From: Eledone cirrhosa
Lineage: Eukaryota
Reading direction: 5' to 3'
DNA length: 64,000 bases
Assembly: GCA_964016885.1 (NCBI GenBank)
Contig: OZ024741.1
Location: forward strand, 277,450,001-277,514,000
Shown: positions 56,890 through 64,000 of the stretch, piece after piece
Position numbering within the stretch: the first letter of the stretch is position 1
How the letters are laid out: each line of letters begins with the position of its first letter
The notes under the pieces: model-generated
What the model saw: only the letters and a program-made list of their open reading frames with translations
Databases searched by the model: none
Told to the model about the DNA's origin: nothing
Position numbers and translations under genes: made by a program

Positions 56890-59580
56890 TAAAACCAATA
56901 TGTTGGTGAGGGAAATAATGCCTATCTCCCCGCGAGTGTTGAGGGTGACCTTCAATGGAAACCCAAGACTGACAGTCATCTCAGCCTATAGTCCAACCGA
57001 GGGGGACAGTGATGTGAATGCCGAGGAGTTCCATGAGGAGGTGTGTGGGGCTGTCAACACCACTCAGGCACACAATATCCTGCTTGTTTTGGGGGACTTC
57101 AATGCACATCTGAGTAAGGAGAGCAGTGAAGATCCTTGCTGGTACTTCCATAACAACACCAACCGAAATGGAAGACTACTGAGAGACACCCTGCTGGAGG
57201 CGAACTTGATGGCAACCAACCTAAGGTTTAGGAAGAATATGGGGAAGATGTGGACCTACATCTCAGATATGCACCTGTCCAAGTCCCAGATTGATTTCAT
57301 TCTGGTGAGGAAAAAGTGGCGGAATAGTGTTCTGAACACGGAACCATACAGCTATTTCAGTACACTGGGTAGTGACCACCGGCTTGTTATGAGTGAGGTC
57401 CGCGTGAGCTTAAGAAAGAGCAAGGCTCAGCCCCGGAGAACAATCTATGACTGGGGAGCTTTCAAGGAAGATGATAAGCTACAGGAGAGGTTCACAGTGG
57501 AAGTGAGAAACAGGTTTAGTGCTCTGTGTGGAGAGTCAGAGGAGAGAGAGATTGGATGGACTGAGGAGAGTGTGACGAGGAGGTACGGGCACTTCACCAA
57601 TGCAGTGGCGAAAGCAAGTGAAACCCTGGTGCCGAGGAAAAAGAACAAAGGGAAGCACGTCAGCTCTGCAAACCCAAAAGTGTGTGCAGCCAGAGAACAC
57701 CTGAAAGCTGCCAGGGACCAATTCTATGCTGATCCTACGGAGGAGAGGATGGAGACTGTGGAGGTGATGAGGGAAGAGCTCTGTACCGCTTACACTGAGG
57801 TCAGAGAGGAGGCACTGATAGAGAAGATCAGAAGTGTGGAGAGAGCGGTTGACAGATCTGGATGTAAGGAGAGCTGGATGATCATCAACGAGATCACAGG
57901 GAGGAAGAAAAGGTGTTCGAGTCAGATCCAGGGAACGGGGCCCGAGGATAGGAAGAGGAAATGGCTAGACCATTTTAGGACCCTACTAGGAGAGCCACCC
58001 TCCACAGCCCAGAGCAGTGGGGAGATCAGGCGGCTGTTTGAGGAACTGGATGTTGAGACAGAGCCCTTCACCAGAGAGGAGCTTTAGAGAGCCAAGAAGA
58101 AGATCAAGGAGGGCAAGGCTCATGGAGAGGATGGAGTGGCATCAGAGGTGATGAAGAGGTGTGATTTTGATGATATCCTGGGGTTCTGTAACGGGGCACT
58201 GGAGAAAGGAGTTGCCCCGAATCAGTGGAGGATCAGTAACATCGTCCCAGTGCCAAAGAAGGGAGATCTCTCTAACACCAACAACTACCGGGGGATCTCA
58301 CTGACGTCACTTGTGGCAAAGACCCTCAACAGGATGATTCTTAACAGGATCCAGCCTGAGATGGAGAAGAAGCTCAGGGACAACCAGAACGGCTTCAGAG
58401 AGGGTAGATCAACCACCAGTCACATCCTGATGCTGAGGAGGATATTAGAGGGAGCTAGAGCAAAGTGCCTTCCTGCGGTCATGGTTTTCATTGACTTTAG
58501 GAAGGCCTTTGATTCTGTGGACCGTTACTGCCTGATGAAGATCTTACAGGCTTATGGAATCCCCAAGAGGATAGTGGACCTGATATCACTGCTCTACACC
58601 AACACCAAAGCCCAAGTCATTACACCTGATGGGATGACAGAGTTCTTTGAGATACTGGCTGGAGTGCTCCAGGGAGATACATTGGCTCCCTACCTTTTTA
58701 TCATCGTAGTGGACTATTGTATGCGCCTTGCACTGGAGAAATACCAGGACACTGGCTTTACTGTAGCACCGGCTCAGAGCAGGAGAGTTGGGGCGAAAAA
58801 GGTATCGGATGCTGAATTTGCCGACGACATAGTTTTGGTGACAAATACAGTGAAGGAGGCAGAGGATTTGATGCGGGAGGTTGAGACTGTGTCGATGAGT
58901 GTGGGGCTGAGAATGAATGAGACTAAAACAAAATATCTGGTGGAGAATGTTGAGAAGCCAGAGGGGATCACTAATGTAGGCGGGAAGCCGCTGGAATTGG
59001 TTGAGGACTTCCTGTATTTGGGAGCAAAGATTGGGAATACAGAAGATGATGTGGTTGGGAGGAAGAGCAAGGCCTGGGCGGCGTGTCACAGCTTGAGATC
59101 GGTGTGGAAGTCGGACCTTCGTAGAGACCTGAAAATCCGCCTCTTCATTGCTGTAGTGGAGTCTGTGCTGCTGTATGGGTCTGAGACTTGGACACTGACC
59201 AAGAGACTCACTCAGATGGTGGATGGGTGCTACACGAGAATGCTGAGGATGGCTCTGAACGTTAATCAGTATACACTGAGGATGAATAACTCAGAGCTGT
59301 ATGGGAGCATCCCAAAAGTCAGCTCAAAAGTGACACAGAGGAGACTGAGGTTGGCTGGACATGCTCACCGACATCCAGAGTTGACATTGCACTCAGTGCT
59401 CCTTTGGGAGCCCCTACATGGACACACTAGAAGAGGAAGACCAAGGTTAACATATGTTGATGCCCTAAGGACAGACACTGGTCTGTTGGAGATGCAGGAT
59501 ATGGCAGCGATAATGAGGGACAGAGACCGCTGGAGAGAACTCGTCCATGGATCTTGGGAATTTTACCCGCCTTAGATAGA
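56890..59580 (+). mobile_element. RTE-clade LINE, 5'-truncated inside the APE domain
   Basis: Single APE-RT ORF, stop codon followed almost directly by (TA)n. Confidence 0.92.
56900..59575 (+). pseudogene. APE endonuclease-reverse transcriptase ORF with one in-frame TAG (58085-58087)
   Basis: YSPT, LGDFNA, SQIDFIL, SDHRLV; NYRGISL, FIDFRKAFDSV, GVLQGDTLAP, FADDIVL, FLYLG, LLYGSETW; both ORF-track pieces are in the same frame. Confidence 0.92.
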
Positions 59581-59651
59581 TATATATATATTTATATAAA
59601 ATTAAAAATACGAGGAAATAATAGACAAATATATACCTATATTTTCTTCAA

Positions 59652-59747
59652 AGTCCCGACTGCAGTTTCGCCGAATCCGTTTGCAGCGATTTATGCACTA
59701 TAAAAGTGCATCCTCGCTTTGAGGTTGATAAGGATTATCAAGAGACT
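59652..59747 (-). ncRNA. Hammerhead-like motif with U3-A8 core variant
   Basis: AGUCUC-UUGAUAA-(65 nt)-GAAA-CUGCAG-UC-GGGACU; 6-bp stem I, palindromic stem III; stem II base weak. Confidence 0.5.
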
Positions 59748-60004
59748 CCTCAAAAACGGATTTTTTCTTGACGCGTTCGTAGCAAGTGAGAAATTCTCGA
59801 GGGAGGGAGGAATGAATACGTGATACACTGGTCAAAAAAGGACTGTTTGTAGACGCGTTCGTAGCAAGAGGGAGTGGGAGACATTAATACGTCATACAGT
59901 GCTCACAGATGGGTAGTAAATGTGGACAGTAAGCGAGTAACGTATAGAAAAAGCAGTTAGTACACGCCTGGTTAACTCGACCATAGGGGAGTTTGGGAAA
60001 ATAT

Positions 60005-60127
60005 AATAATTGTTTCTACTTTAGGCACAAGGCCAGCAATTACCCAGTGCATTACTGGTACTTTATTTTATCGACCCCGTAAGGATGAAAGGCAAAGTCA
60101 ACCTCGGCGGGATTTGAACTCAGATCG
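60005..60127 (-). mobile_element. SINE-1 3' part
   Basis: SINE core and (AAT)n tail. Confidence 0.8.
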
Positions 60128-60507
60128 TAACCTATATTCATATGTAAATGTGTGTGTTGTCCACCTTAACAAGTTTTACTCGACGACTGAAAGAGTTAGA
60201 ATAATCAAAAGAATTAAAATAACTCGCTAAGGTATTTATCAAATTAAAAATACGAGGAAATAATAGACAAAAATATATCTATTTTTTCTTGTAAACAGAA
60301 ATAACACAGAAAACGACACAGTAGAATGAAGATATATATTAGTTTAACGCTTGAAATAATAGGAAGAGTGCCATAACGTTTCGGACACTAGTCCTTCATC
60401 AGAAAATAAAATATGAAATAAAAGCTGAAATAGAAAGATACAGAGTGAGAAGAGAAAAGAACGGAAATAAAGTTGAATATATATATATATTCAACTTTAT
60501 TTCCGTT

Positions 60508-60555
<48 letters not shown>

Positions 60556-61404
60556 CCACGCTCAGGCACCTATATAGTTGAGTTGCCTGAGTGTGGGATT
60601 GTAATTACTAGATAATGAGTCTTCGATATGTAAACATACGGACATATATACATATATTTGTGGGTGTGTGCACGACGGTATTCTGCAGTTTCCATCAACC
60701 AGATTCCACTCGTAAAGTATTGGTCAACCCGAGTCTAGAAAAGACGACACAAACTTAGCCAAGGTCCGGCACAGCAATACTAAACTCAAAATCATTCGTT
60801 TGCGAGACAAACCCCTTAACCACACAGCCATGTCTGACTTTGTCTTTTAACTTTAATTTCCTTTTTCTTTATACTAGAATCTATTTCAACACGCCGATGC
60901 GTATGTGTATATGTGTGTGCGTGTGTGTATGTAGATACGCATACATTTATATGTATGGGTATATAAATATAAACTCGCAAACATAGACACACTTACAAAA
61001 ATACACACTTACATATATACATTCACACAAATACACATACATTCATACAAACACACACACATACATTCACACAAACACACGCACACATACATTTACACAA
61101 ACGCACACATACACATACACTTACACACAGCATAGCAAATTGAACGCCAGTCGCTGTTTTGCTATATTCTTTTCACCACCCCCTTCCTTCCTTTTACACA
61201 CACATACATTCACACACACACACGCGCGCGCAAACACACACACACATTCATACACACACATTGTTTAACGGATGGACGTACGGAAGTCGCTCAAATTTAT
61301 ATAATGATATATCTACTTTCGATGTAGATTAAATCACGAAATTTTTGGCTCGCTCTTCTCACACTAAATAAGATGAACTTCCATGAAATTTTTCACCACA
61401 TTCT

Positions 61405-61504
61405 CTTTCCTTCTTTCCTTCTTTCTTTCTTTTTTCTTCCTTTCTTTCTTTCTTTTTTCTTTCTTTCTTTCCTTCTTTCTTTCGTTCTTTCTTTTTTCGT
61501 TCCT

Positions 61505-61535
<31 letters not shown>

Positions 61536-61670
61536 CTTTCTTTCTTTTTTCTTTTTCTTTCTTTCATTCTTTCATTCTTTCTTTCTTTCTTTCTTTTTTC
61601 TTTTTCTTTCTTTCATTCTTTCTTTCTTTCTTTCTTTCCTTCTTTCTTTCTTTCTTTCTTTTTTTCTTTA
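61405..61670. repeat. (CTTT)n tract
   Basis: Direct inspection. Confidence 0.9.
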
Positions 61671-62181
61671 TTGTCTATGTATTCATTTATTTGTATACTT
61701 ATTTATTTGTTAATTTGTTTCTTTATTTTTATATGATGAATTGTATATTTAATTATTTAATTAAGGAGTCCACATTTAGCTTTGTTGCGATATTTAATCC
61801 CAACACTTTCAAATCGCTTTTCAAATTATGTTTTGGTCGGTTTCTGGTTTGTTTTGTTTTTGTTTGTGTTTTTCTATATTTGAAATATACTTTCTACATA
61901 ATATAAAAGGAGGTGTTTAAGAAGATACACACGCATACACACATAATATACGCCCGCAAATAAGCATTCACTCAAACACATTCACACACACGCACACAAA
62001 GACATACACATTCACACATCCACTCAAACACACGCATATACAAAGAAAAACACTCATACACGTAAATATACAAACACACAAACACACACACACATAAACA
62101 CATATACACACAAACGGACACATACATATAAATATGCAAACACACACATACGCACATACACATAAATATATAAACAAATAA

Positions 62182-62267
<86 letters not shown>

Positions 62268-62334
62268 ATATATATATATACACAGACATAAAAGCAAATT
62301 TATTCCAGCTGTTTAAACGTTTTATACACCATTC

Positions 62335-62800
62335 GCTTGGCAGGTGAAGTCGATGGTTAGGGTGCTCGACTCACAACCGTTACGTCGTGAGTTCAAATCC
62401 GCGCGGCACGTCGTGTCCTTGAGCAAGACACTTTATTTCATGTCGCTCCAGTCCACTCAGCCGATAAATGTGTTGTACGTGTAATTCAAAGGGTCAACCT
62501 TGTTATATACTCTGTCAAGTTGAATATCCCCCAAAACAATGGTAAGGAATGAAAGGCCAGTCTTGTTACACACTCTGTCTAGCTGAGTATCTCCCAAAAC
62601 AATTATAATGATACACGTGTTATTGGAATAAAGGGCTAACCTTGTTACACACTATATAAGACTGAATATCCCAAAGAACTAAGGTATGGACACACGTGTT
62701 GGCGGAATAAAGGGCCAGTCTTGTTACACTCAGTTTCAGGCTGTACTATGGTAAGGGTACACGTGTTAGTGTTATTGGAATGCTCAGCCATTTACAATTG
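62335..62800 (+). mobile_element. Second tRNA-headed SINE family with internal ~65-80-bp repeats
   Basis: B-box gagttcaaatcc, gtgtccttgagcaagacacttta core, repeated aaaggg(c)cagtcttgttacac units. Confidence 0.6.
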
Positions 62801-63618
62801 CTTTTTCATGACTAGCTGTTTCGTTGATTAAACTATTAAACGACAGGTTATCGTACTCAACGGAAGTCCAGAACACAGTTATATTTTCCCAGATTTACCA
62901 GGTGGTTCCACATGACAGCTTAGTGGACTGAGGCTATGTAGAATAACGTATTCTGTCAGGAAAATAGCAGTCATACCTGAATGATTCCTATCACCACCAC
63001 CACTATAACTACTACCAATACTACCATTATCAACATTATTTCTATCCCCATCATTAAAAACTGTATCCCAAACACCATCGACACCATCATCAACACCACT
63101 ACTACTACCAGTTACACAACCAACAACAACATCGCCAACACCATCGACACCACAGCTCCAGCAACATCAACAACGCCACAACCAACACCTCCACCACTAC
63201 TTCTACGACACTAGTATCACCACTACTATAACCACTACTATCATGAACACAATTACCACCACCATCACCAAAACCGTCACCGCTACCATACCCACTACCA
63301 TCACCATCACCATCACTACCACCACCATCAAAATGGCGGCCTTCCACCTACTCAAAAAATAATGATTATTTATTTTCCACAACACTGTAAGTTGTTTTGT
63401 GCTCTGAATAGACAAGATAAAAACAACACATACAAACACAATGGACACACATACACACACACAAACACACACACACGCACATATATATATATATATGCAT
63501 ACATACATACAAACATGCGTGTTGCATTCATTCATGAATATATACTCACACATATACATACATATATATATATGCACGTGTGTGCATCTATGTGTATATT
63601 CATATAAGCATGTACGTA

Positions 63619-63686
<68 letters not shown>

Positions 63687-64000
63687 TATATAGTATATAG
63701 ATAAATCTACCAAAATATACGGTAGTGTCCAATCCGTATGAAGAACTCAATGTAATCCAAATATCATGAAAAGAGATGTATTCAAAAAAATGTTCGATGA
63801 CAATCACAGGAAAACAGAGTCAAGATAAATTAATAAAAACAATGAATAAAAACAAAGAAACAGTTCCTTATATTATTTCTGAAGACCGCATATATATATG
63901 TGTAGGTATGTATATTCCCTCTGATAGTTTGTAAAATGTTTACATAGATCTATATGATATACATACCAACACACACATATATATCCTAGAAACGATCGTA

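Noticed and set aside
60370-60410. Minus-strand CUGAUGA-AGGACuaguGUCC-GAAACGUUA
   Set aside because: Good core and stem II but no convincing stem I; probably a pLTR remnant, so not called as a complete ribozyme

Overview
AT-rich, microsatellite-saturated metazoan DNA, with a SINE that resembles the dominant octopus-type tRNA SINE (taxon is inferred). There is no recognisable host gene, and nearly all ORF-track hits are microsatellite artefacts. Real coding remnants are all transposon-derived: a decayed autonomous Helitron (10.0-15.9 kb, minus), two Penelope-like (PLE) fragments, L1/Tx1 3' ends, two R4/Dong-type RLE LINE families, and a nearly complete RTE LINE (56.9-59.6 kb). The main hidden signal is non-coding. 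A near-perfect 472-bp tandem array (16717-20709; about 6.6 units, then 1.9 inverted units) carries an intact minimal type I hammerhead ribozyme in every unit plus an octamer motif, so it looks like a retrozyme/circRNA-derived insertion. About ten further hammerhead motifs from several sequence families sit in short elements embedded in (TA)n, often as fold-backs that turn at the ribozyme. Each retroelement class is associated with its own microsatellite. All folds and alignments were done by eye.
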